This document shows, one piece after another, positions 40,304 through 51,347 of a stretch of DNA of 64,000 bases. Both the position numbers and the translations under genes were made by a program. Location of the stretch: the sequence record NC_054927.1. The stretch is one strand, 5' to 3'. Below the pieces are notes generated by a model. It did no database searches. It was given only the letters and a program-made list of their open reading frames with translations, and was not told where the DNA came from. The stretch's first letter is position 1. Each line of letters opens with the position of its first letter. Source of the stretch: Escherichia phage vB_EcoM_Ozark.

Positions 40304-40332
40304 GATTTAAGGGACCTTCGGGTCCCTTTAGT
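40304..40332 (+). terminator. intrinsic terminator after gene 23
   Basis: GGGACC-TTCG-GGTCCC hairpin followed by a T-rich tract. Confidence 0.7.
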
Positions 40333-40378
40333 TGTTTTTATGGTATAAATAAATCATATAAACCAAAAGGAAAGCGCA

Positions 40379-41662
40379 ATGGCTAAAATCAACGAACTTC
40401 TGCGCGAATCAACCACAACGAATAGCAACTCAATCGGTCGCCCAAATCTCGTTGCTTTGACTCGCGCTACCACTAAATTAATATATTCTGACATTGTAGC
40501 AACGCAAAGAACTAATCAACCTGTTGCTGCTTTTTACGGTATCAAATACCTTAACCCAGATAACGAATTTACGTTTAAAACTGGTGCTACTTACGCTGGC
40601 GAAGCTGGGTACGTAGACCGAGAACAAATCACAGAATTAACAGAAGAGTCTAAATTAACTCTCAATAAAGGCGATTTATTCAAATATAATAATATCGTTT
40701 ATAAAGTATTAGAAGATACACCATTTGCTACCATTGAAGAAAGCGATTTAGAATTAGCTCTTCAGATTGCAATTGTTCTTTTAAAGGTTCGTCTATTTTC
40801 TGACGCAGCATCAACAAGCAAATTTGAAAGCTCTGATAGCGAAATTGCTGATGCTAGATTCCAGATTAATAAATGGCAAACCGCAGTTAAATCTCGTAAA
40901 CTTAAAACTGGCATCACAGTTGAATTAGCACAAGATTTAGAAGCAAATGGATTCGATGCTCCTAATTTCTTGGAAGATTTGCTTGCAACTGAAATGGCGG
41001 ATGAAATCAATAAAGATATTCTACAGTCTTTGATTACAGTATCAAAACGATATAAAGTTACAGGAATTACTGATACTGGATTCATTGATTTGAGTTATGC
41101 ATCTGCACCTGAAGCTGGCCGTTCATTATACCGAATGGTATGTGAAATGGTTTCGCATATCCAAAAAGAATCAACTTATACAGCAACGTTCTGCGTTGCT
41201 TCAGCTCGTGCCGCTGCGATTCTTGCTGCATCAGGTTGGTTAAAACATAAACCAGAAGATGACAAATATCTTTCACAAAATGCCTACGGGTTCTTAGCTA
41301 ATGGTTTACCACTTTATTGTGATACTAACAGCCCATTAGATTATGTAATCGTTGGTGTGGTAGAAAATATCGGTGAAAAAGAAATTGTCGGATCAATTTT
41401 CTATGCTCCGTATACAGAAGGTCTTGACTTAGATGACCCTGAACATGTAGGTGCATTTAAAGTTGTAGTTGATCCAGAAAGCTTACAACCATCTATCGGT
41501 TTATTGGTTAGATATGCTTTATCTGCAAATCCTTACACTGTAGCAAAAGATGAAAAAGAAGCAAGAATAATTGACGGTGGAGACATGGATAAAATGGCAG
41601 GTCGTTCAGATTTGTCTGTTTTATTAGGTGTTAAGCTACCAAAAATTATTGTTGATGAATAA
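40379..41662 (+). CDS. 24: capsid vertex protein gp24
   Basis: 427 aa paralog of gp23; late promoter tataaata near 40344; RBS AAGGAAA. Confidence 0.9.
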   Translation: MAKINELLRESTTTNSNSIGRPNLVALTRATTKLIYSDIVATQRTNQPVAAFYGIKYLNPDNEFTFKTGATYAGEAGYVDREQITELTEESKLTLNKGDLFKYNNIVYKVLEDTPFATIEESDLELALQIAIVLLKVRLFSDAASTSKFESSDSEIADARFQINKWQTAVKSRKLKTGITVELAQDLEANGFDAPNFLEDLLATEMADEINKDILQSLITVSKRYKVTGITDTGFIDLSYASAPEAGRSLYRMVCEMVSHIQKESTYTATFCVASARAAAILAASGWLKHKPEDDKYLSQNAYGFLANGLPLYCDTNSPLDYVIVGVVENIGEKEIVGSIFYAPYTEGLDLDDPEHVGAFKVVVDPESLQPSIGLLVRYALSANPYTVAKDEKEARIIDGGDMDKMAGRSDLSVLLGVKLPKIIVDE

Positions 41663-41667
41663 AACAA

Positions 41668-41691
41668 AGGGACCGAAAGGTCCCTTTTTAT
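41668..41691. terminator. bidirectional terminator between convergent 24 and rnlB
   Basis: GGGACC-GAAA-GGTCCC with A-run upstream and T-run downstream. Confidence 0.6.
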
Positions 41692-42696
41692 TTAACTTAC
41701 CAATTCAATCCAAGCCGGACGAAGTACATCTTGTACCATTTTAACTAATTCCTTTTTAATCAAAGAAGGATTATCCGCTTGAGTTAGAGTAATACCTTCA
41801 CGAGAAGTTTCTTCCAAAATATCTTGAACAGTTAGTCCCATCACCTTTCCAAAATCTTTTGGACCAATTTCGCCAATTTTAGAAATAACGTTATTTACTC
41901 GGTTCAGTGTAACGTAGCAAGCTAAAATTCCCAGCAATTTATTATCAGCTTCTGACAGCTCAACTTTAGCTTTAATAGGCTTATCAGACTTTTTCTTTTC
42001 ACTAAATTTGGAATTCTTGCATTTGATGGCTACACGATTGCCATTAGGCATCCAAGAAGGATAACAAGGTTTCAATACATATCCTTCAGCAGTAAATACT
42101 TCGCCTTTTGCTTCAGCATTCCAAACACATTTATTTGCATCAACTAATCCAGCATGGTCTACTGTAAAATTATAATCTTGAACAACAGAATCTAAATCAT
42201 TTGGCAATTTAATAAGCTCTTCAAATTTACCGCGACCTAAAAGTGGAGCCATTTTAAATTTAAATGTATTACAGAATGATTCCATCATATAATCATCGAC
42301 ATAAGTCACATCACCACTTTCTGTAGTGACAATAATGTCAAATACATAAAAATCTTTATCGCCATAATCAACATTCTTCTGAATGCCAGGTCCAGCGAAT
42401 TCGCCAAAAACTTGATAAGATACAACCGCTGAAGTTTCCATAATATCTTGTACTGCTTTAATGGAATCAGCGTAATTCTTTAGAATAATTTCATACCCAA
42501 AGAAATCTTCAGCAGGAAGAATTGGTCCAGTACGTTTAGCGCAAGTTACTTTATCACGCTCAATAATCAATGAGAAATTTGTGCCGTGAATCTTTTCACG
42601 AGCTACCCACTCCCCACCAGTCAATCCCAGGCTATAAAGTTTTTCAATAAATTTAGAGTTGTAATGATTTTCAAGACTGCTATACTTTTTAAACAT
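41692..42696 (-). CDS. rnlB: RNA ligase 2
   Basis: 334 aa; nucleotidyltransferase motif I KIHGTN; synteny. Confidence 0.9.
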   Translation of the reverse strand: MFKKYSSLENHYNSKFIEKLYSLGLTGGEWVAREKIHGTNFSLIIERDKVTCAKRTGPILPAEDFFGYEIILKNYADSIKAVQDIMETSAVVSYQVFGEFAGPGIQKNVDYGDKDFYVFDIIVTTESGDVTYVDDYMMESFCNTFKFKMAPLLGRGKFEELIKLPNDLDSVVQDYNFTVDHAGLVDANKCVWNAEAKGEVFTAEGYVLKPCYPSWMPNGNRVAIKCKNSKFSEKKKSDKPIKAKVELSEADNKLLGILACYVTLNRVNNVISKIGEIGPKDFGKVMGLTVQDILEETSREGITLTQADNPSLIKKELVKMVQDVLRPAWIELVS

Positions 42697-42705
42697 AATT
42701 AATCC

Positions 42706-42984
42706 TCAAAATGTAATTTCTAACCAATCACCATCACGCTGATCACTATTGACTTTAAAGCTAAATCCTTCTTTTCTCAGCCAATCACCAATTTCTTCAG
42801 TAATCAATTTATCACGAGCAATACAATAATAATTAAAATGTGTTTTACCTTGTTCAGCTGCTTTATTAGCAAGTTCCGAAAAATCTTTAATAAAACATTC
42901 TAGCTTAAACTGTTTACTTTTGAATGCTTTTTCGCGTAATTGATTAGCAAAAGATGCATTTTCATAAAGATCATACTGTTCCAT
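42706..42984 (-). CDS. hypothetical protein (24.2-like)
   Basis: 92 aa, ATG start; position as T4 24.2. Confidence 0.5.
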   Translation of the reverse strand: MEQYDLYENASFANQLREKAFKSKQFKLECFIKDFSELANKAAEQGKTHFNYYCIARDKLITEEIGDWLRKEGFSFKVNSDQRDGDWLEITF

Positions 42985-43186
42985 TTTTCACCTTTTTATT
43001 GATATGTCTTTTTCTATAGACAACTTTTTCTCGAGTTTCAAATTTATTCTTAGCAGTCATAGCTCGAGCCCATAATACAGCCACTTCTTTTGCCTGTAAG
43101 TTTAATTCACGAGCAATTTCAATGAATGACTTTCCAGACTCATGAAGAGTAAACACCACAACCTCAGTTCTCATAATCAATCTCAT
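42971..43186 (-). CDS. hypothetical small protein with possible helix-turn-helix (24.3-like)
   Basis: 71 aa; segment SGKSFIEIARELNLQAKEVAVLWARA looks like a DNA-binding HTH; weak RBS. Confidence 0.4.
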   Translation of the reverse strand: MRLIMRTEVVVFTLHESGKSFIEIARELNLQAKEVAVLWARAMTAKNKFETREKVVYRKRHINKKVKNGTV

Positions 43187-43275
43187 GTTATCGAGTTGGT
43201 GCCATTATATACATCATTTTCTGATTGTGTTTTGTGTGCTTTCAAAATGAAGAAAGGGGCCGAAGCCCCTTATGA

Positions 43276-44406
43276 TTATGGATAGGTATAGATGATACCA
43301 GTTTCTAAAGCAGTTTTATGAATGATGTATCCATTACGCGATTCTTGAACATCAACTTCTGGATAGTCTTTCATCATCTTCTGAAGAGTGTAACGATGCA
43401 AGTAGTACTTACTATCTGGATCGTCAGTTTTCCAATCTTTACCTTCTTCGGTCATTTTTTGGATTTCATCCATAACCCACCAACCGCACCAGATGTAAGC
43501 TGAAGTACGATGTGGAAGAGGATGAACATAAGGTAATTCACCTTCTGGTTCTGGAGCAACTTTATCAGTTACCTGAACTTGACCTGTTGCTGTAATAGTT
43601 TTGCTATCATAATCAGCAGCAGTAACAGTTGCAGTAACTTCAATAGTTTGACTTCCAACAGATGAAGTATCAACGGTATATACATTAGTTGACCCTTCTA
43701 CAGGAGAAGAATCTTTCTTCCATGAATAAGTAATTTGCGCTTCTTCTGGAGCATCAGTAACATTAGCAGTAAATGTAGCCGAAGCATCTTGCTGAACGTT
43801 AATAGAAGGAGGAGTCAATGTAACCTGTGGATTCATTGTCTTCTTATTAACCGTTAATGATACTTCATTAGAAGTAACTTCCTTTGCATCATAATCAGCC
43901 GCGGTTACTTGGGCTACGCATTTAATTCTTTTTACTCCACTTGTAGTTGGAGTATAGCTAAATGTAGAGTTAGTTTCTCCACCAACTTGTGAATCATCTA
44001 CATACCACTGATACGTAGCAGACGCTCCAACGGGTTGAGAAGCTAAGGCAGCGGTAAATTCAACAGCTGTTCCAATCACTCCAGCAGCAGGACTATCAGG
44101 AGTTACTGCCAAGGTAGTCGTTTGTGTCTTATTTTGAACTGTGATAGTTGTTGTCGCTTCAGCCGTTTCCGGGCCTCCTTCAGAAAGTGTATTTGTTGCA
44201 ACTACTTTAATAGTCTTTTGACCGGCAGGTCCTTTTAGTACATAACTAAAAGTTGCTTCAGCTCCATCTTGTGGAGCATCATCTACAATCCAAGCATATG
44301 TAATAGTTCCGCCTCCAGTTTCACCACTGGGTGTAGCAGTAAACTGCTGAGTCTGATCTATAACTCCAGTAGGTGTTTTAGGAGTTATATCAACTGTAAA
44401 AGCCAT
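43276..44406 (-). CDS. hoc: highly immunogenic outer capsid protein Hoc
   Basis: 376 aa; repeated Thr/Val-rich Ig-like modules (...TYSW/TYQW... repeats) and C-terminal capsid-binding region. Confidence 0.85.
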   Translation of the reverse strand: MAFTVDITPKTPTGVIDQTQQFTATPSGETGGGTITYAWIVDDAPQDGAEATFSYVLKGPAGQKTIKVVATNTLSEGGPETAEATTTITVQNKTQTTTLAVTPDSPAAGVIGTAVEFTAALASQPVGASATYQWYVDDSQVGGETNSTFSYTPTTSGVKRIKCVAQVTAADYDAKEVTSNEVSLTVNKKTMNPQVTLTPPSINVQQDASATFTANVTDAPEEAQITYSWKKDSSPVEGSTNVYTVDTSSVGSQTIEVTATVTAADYDSKTITATGQVQVTDKVAPEPEGELPYVHPLPHRTSAYIWCGWWVMDEIQKMTEEGKDWKTDDPDSKYYLHRYTLQKMMKDYPEVDVQESRNGYIIHKTALETGIIYTYP

Positions 44407-44415
44407 AAGTTATCC

Positions 44416-45096
44416 TTATTTTAATGTTACGAAAGAAGAATTGCGTGTTTCACGAATTAAAACTGATCCGTCACGGTTAATGTAATAAATTAAGCTAAAT
44501 AAAGTTTGGTGTGCTGACGCATGCTCAAAACTTGTTGGGTGAGATTTCCAATCCGGAGTTTCAGCAATCCATTGATAAATCCACCAAGGAACAGTGCAGA
44601 ATCCTGGATTTTTTCCAATCAGCTGAAGATTCGGACTAAAGTTTTCCGGAAGAGTAAATACAGACGGCTTTTCAGATTCAATAATCTCAGCTACAGCTTG
44701 TTCGAATTTTTCTTCAACAAAAGGAGTATCTTCAATCAAAACATCGGTATTTTCAGGAATTTTATCCTTTTCTACTACTTCAATTTTAATGTCAGATTTA
44801 ACCGGAGAATCAATCAAAAGTGCTGCTTCTGGATTGACTTCTTCATCGTCATATTTTAATCCCTCTGCGGCATCAGCAGCATCAATTAAGTCTTTAATAG
44901 ATAACCCATCAGTCTCTGGCATAGGTTCACTAGCGAGCTTCTGGAGGGCTTCTTCAATATCAACAACGATATTATCAAAAGATTTATTCTTTTTGACCTT
45001 TATACCAAACTGTTCAGCGTATTCAGCTAATTTAGCTTTAGCTTCTTTATTATCATCAAGAGCCTTCAGCTCTGCAATATAATCTTTATCTATCAT
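44416..45096 (-). CDS. inh: inhibitor of prohead protease
   Basis: 226 aa; length and synteny. Confidence 0.75.
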   Translation of the reverse strand: MIDKDYIAELKALDDNKEAKAKLAEYAEQFGIKVKKNKSFDNIVVDIEEALQKLASEPMPETDGLSIKDLIDAADAAEGLKYDDEEVNPEAALLIDSPVKSDIKIEVVEKDKIPENTDVLIEDTPFVEEKFEQAVAEIIESEKPSVFTLPENFSPNLQLIGKNPGFCTVPWWIYQWIAETPDWKSHPTSFEHASAHQTLFSLIYYINRDGSVLIRETRNSSFVTLK

Positions 45097-45109
45097 AATA
45101 TTTCCTCAG

Positions 45110-45117
45110 TATAAATA
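45110..45117 (+). promoter_or_regulatory. late promoter TATAAATA for uvsW
   Basis: tataaata about 30 nt upstream of the uvsW ATG. Confidence 0.45.
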
Positions 45118-45146
45118 TAGATATATTTATTACATGGTATTTAGAC

Positions 45147-46658
45147 ATGACTGACATTAAAGTACATTTTTATGATTTTAGTCACGTGAGAATTGATTGT
45201 GAAGAAAGTACATTTCATGAACTCCGTGATTTCTTTAGCTTTGAAGCTGATGGGTATCGTTTTAATCCGAAATACAAATATGGCCACTGGGATGGACGAA
45301 TCCGTCTTTTAGATTATAATCGTCTTCTTCCATTCGGCTTAGTCGGGCAAATTAAAAAGTTCTGTGATAACTTTGGCTATAAAGCCTGGATTGACCCACA
45401 AATTAACGAAAAAGAAGAATTATCAAGAAAAGATTTTGATGAATGGCTTTCTAAATTAGAAATCTATTCAGGAAATAAAAGAATTGAACCACACTGGTAT
45501 CAAAAAGATGCAGTGTTCGAAGGATTAGTTAATCGTCGTAGAATTCTTAATCTTCCAACATCCGCAGGTAAATCGTTAATTCAAGCTTTGCTTGCGCGAT
45601 ATTATTTGGAAAATTATGAAGGTAAAATTCTTATCATTGTTCCAACAACTGCCTTAACAACTCAGATGGCTGATGACTTTGTTGACTATCGTTTATTCAG
45701 TCATGCAATGATAAAGAAAATTGGTGGCGGAGCATCAAAAGATGATAAATATAAAAATGATGCACCAGTCGTTGTTGGTACATGGCAAACTGTAGTTAAA
45801 CAACCGAAAGAGTGGTTCTCCCAATTTGGAATGATGATGAATGATGAATGTCATCTTGCTACAGGAAAAAGTATTTCATCTATCATATCAGGTTTAAATA
45901 ACTGCATGTTCAAATTTGGTCTATCTGGTTCATTACGTGATGGCAAAGCCAATATCATGCAGTATGTTGGAATGTTTGGTGAAATATTTAAGCCAGTAAC
46001 GACTTCTAAATTAATGGAAGATGGACAAGTAACTGAGCTAAAAATTAATAGTATTTTTCTTCGCTATCCCGATGAGTTTACTACTAAATTAAAGGGAAAA
46101 ACTTACCAAGAAGAAATAAAAATTATTACTGGGCTTAGTAAAAGAAATAAATGGATCGCTAAATTAGCTATTAAGCTTGCACAAAAAGATGAAAACGCTT
46201 TTGTCATGTTTAAACATGTATCACATGGTAAAGCTATTTTCGATTTAATTAAAAATGAATACGATAAAGTTTATTACGTATCAGGGGAAGTTGATACCGA
46301 AACTCGAAACATAATGAAAACCTTAGCTGAAAACGGTAAAGGAATAATTATAGTAGCTAGTTATGGTGTATTTTCTACTGGTATTTCAGTTAAAAATCTG
46401 CATCATGTTGTTTTAGCGCACGGTGTTAAATCTAAAATTATTGTATTGCAAACAATAGGTCGTGTATTACGTAAGCATGGTTCTAAAACAATCGCAACGG
46501 TCTGGGACCTCATTGATGATTGCGGTGTTAAGCCAAAATCTGCTAATACAAAAAAGAAATATGTTCATTTGAACTATCTTTTAAAACACGGCATTGATCG
46601 TATTCAGCGCTACGCAGATGAAAAATTTAATTACGTAATGAAAACAGTTAATTTATAA
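45147..46658 (+). CDS. uvsW: UvsW DNA/RNA helicase
   Basis: 503 aa; Walker A PTSAGKS and DECH box. Confidence 0.95.
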   Translation: MTDIKVHFYDFSHVRIDCEESTFHELRDFFSFEADGYRFNPKYKYGHWDGRIRLLDYNRLLPFGLVGQIKKFCDNFGYKAWIDPQINEKEELSRKDFDEWLSKLEIYSGNKRIEPHWYQKDAVFEGLVNRRRILNLPTSAGKSLIQALLARYYLENYEGKILIIVPTTALTTQMADDFVDYRLFSHAMIKKIGGGASKDDKYKNDAPVVVGTWQTVVKQPKEWFSQFGMMMNDECHLATGKSISSIISGLNNCMFKFGLSGSLRDGKANIMQYVGMFGEIFKPVTTSKLMEDGQVTELKINSIFLRYPDEFTTKLKGKTYQEEIKIITGLSKRNKWIAKLAIKLAQKDENAFVMFKHVSHGKAIFDLIKNEYDKVYYVSGEVDTETRNIMKTLAENGKGIIIVASYGVFSTGISVKNLHHVVLAHGVKSKIIVLQTIGRVLRKHGSKTIATVWDLIDDCGVKPKSANTKKKYVHLNYLLKHGIDRIQRYADEKFNYVMKTVNL

Positions 46659-46683
46659 GGGCTTCGGCCCTTTGGAGAAAAAG

Positions 46684-46914
46684 ATGTTACTAGAATTTAA
46701 ACAATTTCTTTATGAAGCTTCTATTGATGAATTTATGGGTAAAATTGCCTCTTGTCAAACATTAGAAGGTTTAGAAGAACTTGAAGCTTATTATAAGAAA
46801 AGAGTCAAAGAAACTGAATTAAAAGATACTGATGACATCTCAGTCAGAGATGCTTTGGCAGGAAAAAGAGCTGAATTAGAAGATTCAGACGATGAAGTAG
46901 AAGAAAGCTTTTAA
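46684..46914 (+). CDS. uvsW.1: UvsW.1 small acidic protein
   Basis: Track start is TTG; ATG after GGAGAAAAAG RBS gives MLLEFKQFLYEAS..., 76 aa. Confidence 0.7.
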   Translation: MLLEFKQFLYEASIDEFMGKIASCQTLEGLEELEAYYKKRVKETELKDTDDISVRDALAGKRAELEDSDDEVEESF

Positions 46915-46968
46915 ATTAAAAAAGGCCCAACCAAAAAGGAAGGGCCAAAACTATAGACTAAAGGTCAC

Positions 46969-47137
46969 ACTATAGCAAAAGTTGTGTTTCATTTAATTGT
47001 TCTTCCGAACTTTCTGAAACTGGTAGTTCTTTAATGTAATTATAGCAAGGCCCAGGATGTACAGGACCTTTGTCTGTTTCAACAACCAATGCAGAATCGA
47101 TTGGAGTTTTACAGACAACACAAATCTTATCTGACAT
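46969..47137 (-). CDS. small Cys-containing protein (55 aa), not in ORF track
   Basis: RBS GAGGAGACAATC then ATG; MSDKICVVCKTPIDS...HPGPCYNY (C-x2-C ... H-x3-C); coordinates approximate. Confidence 0.4.
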
Positions 47138-47165
47138 GATTGTCTCCTCTGAATTATATATCTAT

Positions 47166-47390
47166 TTATACAACTCTCATATGCATATCAATGCCCATAT
47201 CTTTAGAATAAAAATATTCATCAAGATATCCGGCAAATTTTCCTTTAATATAAAGGACATCTTCACCACACGGATGGTCGGCCAGGATACGAATATCCTG
47301 ACGCTTAAGATTATGCTTTTTCATTAAGAATTGAATTTCCGTTTCAAATTCTTCTTCATAATTAAAAGCATCATCAATGCTATATCTCAT
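47166..47390 (-). CDS. hypothetical protein (uvsY.-2-like)
   Basis: 74 aa, ATG start, immediately downstream of uvsY. Confidence 0.5.
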   Translation of the reverse strand: MRYSIDDAFNYEEEFETEIQFLMKKHNLKRQDIRILADHPCGEDVLYIKGKFAGYLDEYFYSKDMGIDMHMRVV

Positions 47391-47803
47391 TATTTTCCAG
47401 CCTCAAATGCCCGCATGTCTTGAATATGCTTAATAGCAAATCCGCGTGATTTGATAGCATCAAGAGCTCCACTACAGAAATCTAATAAAATCCCCCAATA
47501 CTGTAGCGAGGTATCAACCTTTAAAACATCCTTATCAGCTGATAGAACTGTTTTCATTTCTGATTTCTCGTAACGATCCATACTAAATTCATCACCATCT
47601 CCTCGTCCCGAGTAGTAGTCTAATTTAGCTTTAAGAGCAACTTTTTTCTGTGCATCAATTCTAAGCATTTCCTTTTTAATACTTGAATGCTTATTAAGCC
47701 ATTTACTATATAACATCACATTATTAGCTGCTTCATACTGTAATTTAGTCGAATCTATAAACACATCTTTCTTCAATTCTTCTTGAAGATCTTCTAATCT
47801 CAT
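47390..47803 (-). CDS. uvsY: recombination mediator UvsY
   Basis: 137 aa; length and synteny. Confidence 0.85.
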   Translation of the reverse strand: MRLEDLQEELKKDVFIDSTKLQYEAANNVMLYSKWLNKHSSIKKEMLRIDAQKKVALKAKLDYYSGRGDGDEFSMDRYEKSEMKTVLSADKDVLKVDTSLQYWGILLDFCSGALDAIKSRGFAIKHIQDMRAFEAGK

Positions 47804-47869
47804 ATTGTTCTCTATTCAATTGTTATTGGATGGACTTAGATTCATTATACCACGTTTATACGTGAAGCA

Positions 47870-48268
47870 TTATACTCTATTACTAGAAGCCAATTGCAGT
47901 TTTATCTGCTCAATATCATCAGGGTTATCGATGACCGAAAAGCGTATTTCTACTATCAGAGTATAATCATCATAAACGGGTATCACATTAACTGCTAATT
48001 TATCAATACGTGGCTCATAGTTTCTTACTGCGCTTTCGATATTGCGCTCAACCGTGTCAGCAGTAAGAGGAGTCATATTTTCAAAAAGCTGGTCTGATAA
48101 ATCACATCCAAATTCAGGGTCAAACGGTCTTGAACCTTTTCTTGTTGTAATAATTCCTAAAAGGCTATTTTTAATTGACCTTAATCCAAGAGATCTGGAA
48201 ACGTCTTTGTCCCAGTCCATTTTCATTTCTGGGTCAATGTCAGAATAAAGCTTATTAATATTTGCCAT
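47870..48268 (-). CDS. 25: baseplate wedge protein gp25
   Basis: 132 aa; length and synteny. Confidence 0.85.
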   Translation of the reverse strand: MANINKLYSDIDPEMKMDWDKDVSRSLGLRSIKNSLLGIITTRKGSRPFDPEFGCDLSDQLFENMTPLTADTVERNIESAVRNYEPRIDKLAVNVIPVYDDYTLIVEIRFSVIDNPDDIEQIKLQLASSNRV

Positions 48269-48894
48269 TATAATAACTCAAAGAACTCTTTGAGGCCTCT
48301 TATTACATGAGCATGGGTTTTTCCACACTCTGGACATTTAATTGGAACAGCCAAATAAACGGTAGGCTTTAAAAGCATATCTTTTATAGCTACAATATCT
48401 GACTCTGTGATGATAGAATATAAATCTTCCAACTCTTTTTCATTTAAGTCTTCAATTGGAATGCTTTCCCCGTTAGCATGAATCGTTTCTATACATGATA
48501 CTATCATATGGGCTATATTTTTATCATCAAAAATTTTGGGGTAATGGAACTTAATTTTAATGTCACCTAGTGTATACCAGAGGTCTTCTGGTGCATCTAT
48601 TTGTGTATGTAATAGATTTATATGGGTTGGTATTTCAGTTCCACAGGTGCACTTCCAGGAGTTTTCGTGATTAACTTCACCAAGAGAATGTGCCCATAAA
48701 TGAATCAGCAATAGTTCTGATTCTTGACGGTTTAAATCTTTTGCATTTGTGCAGTCTTTGATTAGCTTTTTAACAATTACTTCTACAGAACCATTATTTT
48801 TTGCAGTAATAAGTTCTAGATATTCTTTAAGCGTGAATGCGCGACAATTGATTATTTTAGAACCAACTCTCACATCAAATTTGTATTCATACAT
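48268..48894 (-). CDS. 26: baseplate hub protein gp26
   Basis: 208 aa; length and synteny. Confidence 0.8.
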   Translation of the reverse strand: MYEYKFDVRVGSKIINCRAFTLKEYLELITAKNNGSVEVIVKKLIKDCTNAKDLNRQESELLLIHLWAHSLGEVNHENSWKCTCGTEIPTHINLLHTQIDAPEDLWYTLGDIKIKFHYPKIFDDKNIAHMIVSCIETIHANGESIPIEDLNEKELEDLYSIITESDIVAIKDMLLKPTVYLAVPIKCPECGKTHAHVIRGLKEFFELL

Positions 48895-48915
48895 ATTTAG
48901 CTCCTTTATTTATCA

Positions 48916-48927
48916 TATTTATAAATA
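48916..48927. promoter_or_regulatory. palindromic bidirectional late promoter TATTTATAAATA
   Basis: Overlapping tatttata (minus, for 26/25) and tataaata (plus, for 51) in the 50-bp gap between divergent genes. Confidence 0.5.
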
Positions 48928-48944
48928 GAATAAAAGGAGCATCT

Positions 48945-49694
48945 ATGGCAAACATTATTCGTTGTAAATTACCAGATGGTGTTCATCGTTTTAAACCATT
49001 TACGGTAGAAGATTATCGAGATTTTTTGTTAGTTCGAAACGATATAGAACATCGGTCACCACAAGAACAAAAAGAAGTAATTGCTGATTTAATTGCTGAT
49101 TATTTTGGAGACTATCCGAAGACTTGGCAACCATTTATATTTTTGCAGGTATTTGTAGGGTCAATAGGTAAAACTAAAGTACCGGTCACATTTGTATGTC
49201 CAAAATGTAAAAAAGAAAAGACAGTTCCATTTGAAATATATCAAAAAGAATTAAAGGAACCTGTTTTTGATGTAGCTAATGTTAAAATTAAATTAAAGTT
49301 TCCTTCTGAGTTTTATGAAAATAAAGCAAAGATGATTACTGAAAATATTCATTCTGTTCAAGTAGATGAAATATGGTATGATTGGAAGGAAATTAGTGAA
49401 TCAAGTCAAATAGAACTTGTTGACGCCATCGAGATAGAAACATTAGAAAAAATTCTCGATGCAATGAATCCTATTAATTTAACGCTACACATGTCATGCT
49501 GTGATAAGTATGTAAAAAAATACACTGATATAGTAGATGTGTTTAAGCTATTAGTTAACCCAGATGAGATATTTACTTTTTATCAAATTAATCACACACT
49601 CGTAAAAAGTAATTATAGTTTAAATTCAATAATGAAAATGATTCCTGCCGAGCGCGGATTCGTATTAAAACTGATTGAGAAGGATAAACAATAA
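48945..49694 (+). CDS. 51: baseplate hub assembly protein gp51
   Basis: 249 aa, RBS AAGGAG; length and synteny. Confidence 0.8.
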   Translation: MANIIRCKLPDGVHRFKPFTVEDYRDFLLVRNDIEHRSPQEQKEVIADLIADYFGDYPKTWQPFIFLQVFVGSIGKTKVPVTFVCPKCKKEKTVPFEIYQKELKEPVFDVANVKIKLKFPSEFYENKAKMITENIHSVQVDEIWYDWKEISESSQIELVDAIEIETLEKILDAMNPINLTLHMSCCDKYVKKYTDIVDVFKLLVNPDEIFTFYQINHTLVKSNYSLNSIMKMIPAERGFVLKLIEKDKQ

Positions 49695-50869
49695 TGAGTA
49701 TGTTGCAACGCCCAGGATATCCAAATCTCAGCGTTAAATTGTTTGATAGCTACGACGCTTGGAGTAATAATAGATTTGTTGAATTAGCTGCTACTATTAC
49801 CACATTAACTATGCGGGATTCTCTTTATGGTCGAAATGAAGGAATGCTGCAGTTTTATGATTCTAAAAACATCCATACAAAAATGGATGGAAATGAAATA
49901 ATTCAGATTTCTGTAGCTAATGCAAACGATATTAATAATGTTAAAACAAGAATTTATGGATGTAAGCATTTTTCCGTGTCAGTAGATTCAAAGGGTGATA
50001 ACATCATTGCTATTGAATTGGGAACTATTCATTCTATAGAAAATCTTAAATTTGGCAGACCGTTTTTCCCTGATGCAGGTGAATCTATAAAGGAAATGCT
50101 TGGTGTCATTTATCAAGACCGTACGCTATTGACTCCACCTATAAATGCTATAAATGCTTATGTTCCTGATATTCCGTGGACTAGTACATTTGAAAACTAT
50201 TTGTCATATGTCAGAGAAGTTGCTCTAGCTGTAGGAAGTGACAAATTTGTGTTTGTGTGGCAAGACATCATGGGAGTTAACATGATGGACTATGATATGA
50301 TGATAAATCAAGAACCGTATCCAATGATTGTCGGTGAGCCATCTTTAATAGGTCAATTCATCCAAGAATTAAAATATCCATTAGCATATGATTTCGTTTG
50401 GTTGACTAAATCGAATCCTCACAAACGCGACCCAATGAAAAACGCTACCATCTACGCGCATTCATTTTTAGATTCTTCATTGCCAATGATTACTACAGGA
50501 AAAGGCGAAAACTCTATTGTAGTGTCAAGGTCAGGTGCTTATTCTGAAATGACTTATAGGAATGGATATGAAGAAGCTATTCGTCTTCAAACTATGGCGC
50601 AATACGATGGCTATGCTAAATGTTCTACTGTCGGTAATTTTAACTTGACTCCTGGCGTTAAAATTATTTTTAATGATAGTAAAAACCAATTTAAAACAGA
50701 ATTTTACGTTGATGAAGTCATCCATGAATTATCAAATAATAATTCAGTAACTCATCTATATATGTTCACTAATGCAACGAAACTGGAAACAATAGACCCA
50801 GTTAAGGTTAAAAATGAATTTAAATCTGATACTACCACTGAAGAAAGTAGTTCTTCCAATAAGCAATAA
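49694..50869 (+). CDS. 27: baseplate hub protein gp27
   Basis: 391 aa; length and synteny. Confidence 0.85.
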   Translation: MSMLQRPGYPNLSVKLFDSYDAWSNNRFVELAATITTLTMRDSLYGRNEGMLQFYDSKNIHTKMDGNEIIQISVANANDINNVKTRIYGCKHFSVSVDSKGDNIIAIELGTIHSIENLKFGRPFFPDAGESIKEMLGVIYQDRTLLTPPINAINAYVPDIPWTSTFENYLSYVREVALAVGSDKFVFVWQDIMGVNMMDYDMMINQEPYPMIVGEPSLIGQFIQELKYPLAYDFVWLTKSNPHKRDPMKNATIYAHSFLDSSLPMITTGKGENSIVVSRSGAYSEMTYRNGYEEAIRLQTMAQYDGYAKCSTVGNFNLTPGVKIIFNDSKNQFKTEFYVDEVIHELSNNNSVTHLYMFTNATKLETIDPVKVKNEFKSDTTTEESSSSNKQ

Positions 50870-51347
50870 AGAAGTTTCTATTCCTAAAATGGGTCTTAAA
50901 CACTATAACATTTTAAAAGATGTTAAAGGTCCTGATGAAAATTTAAAACTTCTTATTGATTCTATTTGTCCGAATTTATCACCGGCAGAAGTTGATTTCG
51001 TTTCTATTCATTTATTGGAATTTAATGGAAAGATTAAATCTCGTAAAGAAATAGATGGTTATACTTATGACATTAATGATGTTTATGTGTGCCAAAGATT
51101 AGAATTTCAATACCAAGGAAATACATTTTATTTTAGACCTCCTGGAAAATTTGAACAATTTTTAACGGTGAGCGATATGTTATCCAAATGCTTGCTTAAG
51201 GTCAATGATGAAGTTAAAGAAATTAATTTTCTTGAGATGCCAGCATTCGTTTTAAAATGGGCAAATGACATTTTTACAACTTTAGCAATTCCTGGCCCTA
51301 ATGGTCCAATAACTGGAATTGGCAATATTATTGGATTATTTGAATGA
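50814..51347 (+). CDS. 28: baseplate hub distal protein gp28
   Basis: 177 aa; starts inside the 3' end of gene 27 in another frame. Confidence 0.8.
   Translation: MNLNLILPLKKVVLPISNKEVSIPKMGLKHYNILKDVKGPDENLKLLIDSICPNLSPAEVDFVSIHLLEFNGKIKSRKEIDGYTYDINDVYVCQRLEFQYQGNTFYFRPPGKFEQFLTVSDMLSKCLLKVNDEVKEINFLEMPAFVLKWANDIFTTLAIPGPNGPITGIGNIIGLFE

Noticed and set aside
45147-46914. uvsW and uvsW.1 as one gene split by a frameshift (pseudogene)
   Set aside because: uvsW ends at a stop codon followed by a terminator-like hairpin, and uvsW.1 has its own ribosome-binding site and ATG; they are separate genes as in T4.
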